The notes under the pieces: generated by a model
The model's database searches: none
What the model was told of the DNA's origin: nothing
Seen by the model: only the letters and a program-made list of their open reading frames with translations
Translations under genes and position numbers: made by a program
Assembly (NCBI GenBank): GCA_951406725.2
Contig: OX597832.1
Span: 10,478,001 to 10,542,000, forward strand
DNA: 64,000 nucleotides
Origin: Octopus vulgaris
Lineage: Eukaryota
Direction of reading: 5' to 3'
Part shown: piece by piece, positions 63,849 to 64,000 of the stretch
Position numbering within the stretch: position 1 is the stretch's first letter
How the letters are laid out: every line of letters starts with the position of its first letter

Positions 63849-64000
63849 ATGGTTATTTTACATAAGATATATTATTTCCAAACAATTCGTTTCATTAATC
63901 ATTTCTTTGCGCACGTTAAGATGTTAAGAAGGGAGCGTTATTTTGTTGGTGTGTTTGTGCGTGTATATAAACAGTGGTGTATGTGAGCTTGTCAGTGTGT

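Overview
This is AT-rich, microsatellite-dense eukaryotic DNA. I found no supportable host protein-coding gene, rRNA, true tRNA or CRISPR array. The repeat content resembles an intergenic or intronic region of an octopus (coleoid cephalopod) genome; that assignment is from my recall of the repeat families, not from a search. The window holds more than 20 copies of at least three tRNA-derived SINE groups, several with clear target-site duplications and some as dimers or trimers. It also holds five decayed Tc1/mariner DNA transposons, fragments of R4/Dong-like, CR1-like and RTE-like LINEs, a gag/ORF1-only LINE-like element, Penelope-like remnants, a 60-bp minisatellite and several perfect fold-back hairpins. 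The most notable signal is a set of minimal type-I hammerhead-ribozyme folds in short repeats that look like Penelope terminal repeats. Their catalytic cores replace the canonical C3-G8 pair with compensatory G3-C8 (9528-9577, 44386-44438) or U3-A8 (47447-47482, 57856-57894), and the better copies have palindromic stem-III loops that suggest dimeric cleavage. Nearly all ORFs in the supplied track are microsatellite artefacts or transposon debris. Everything was read by eye, so boundaries are approximate unless TIRs or TSDs are quoted.
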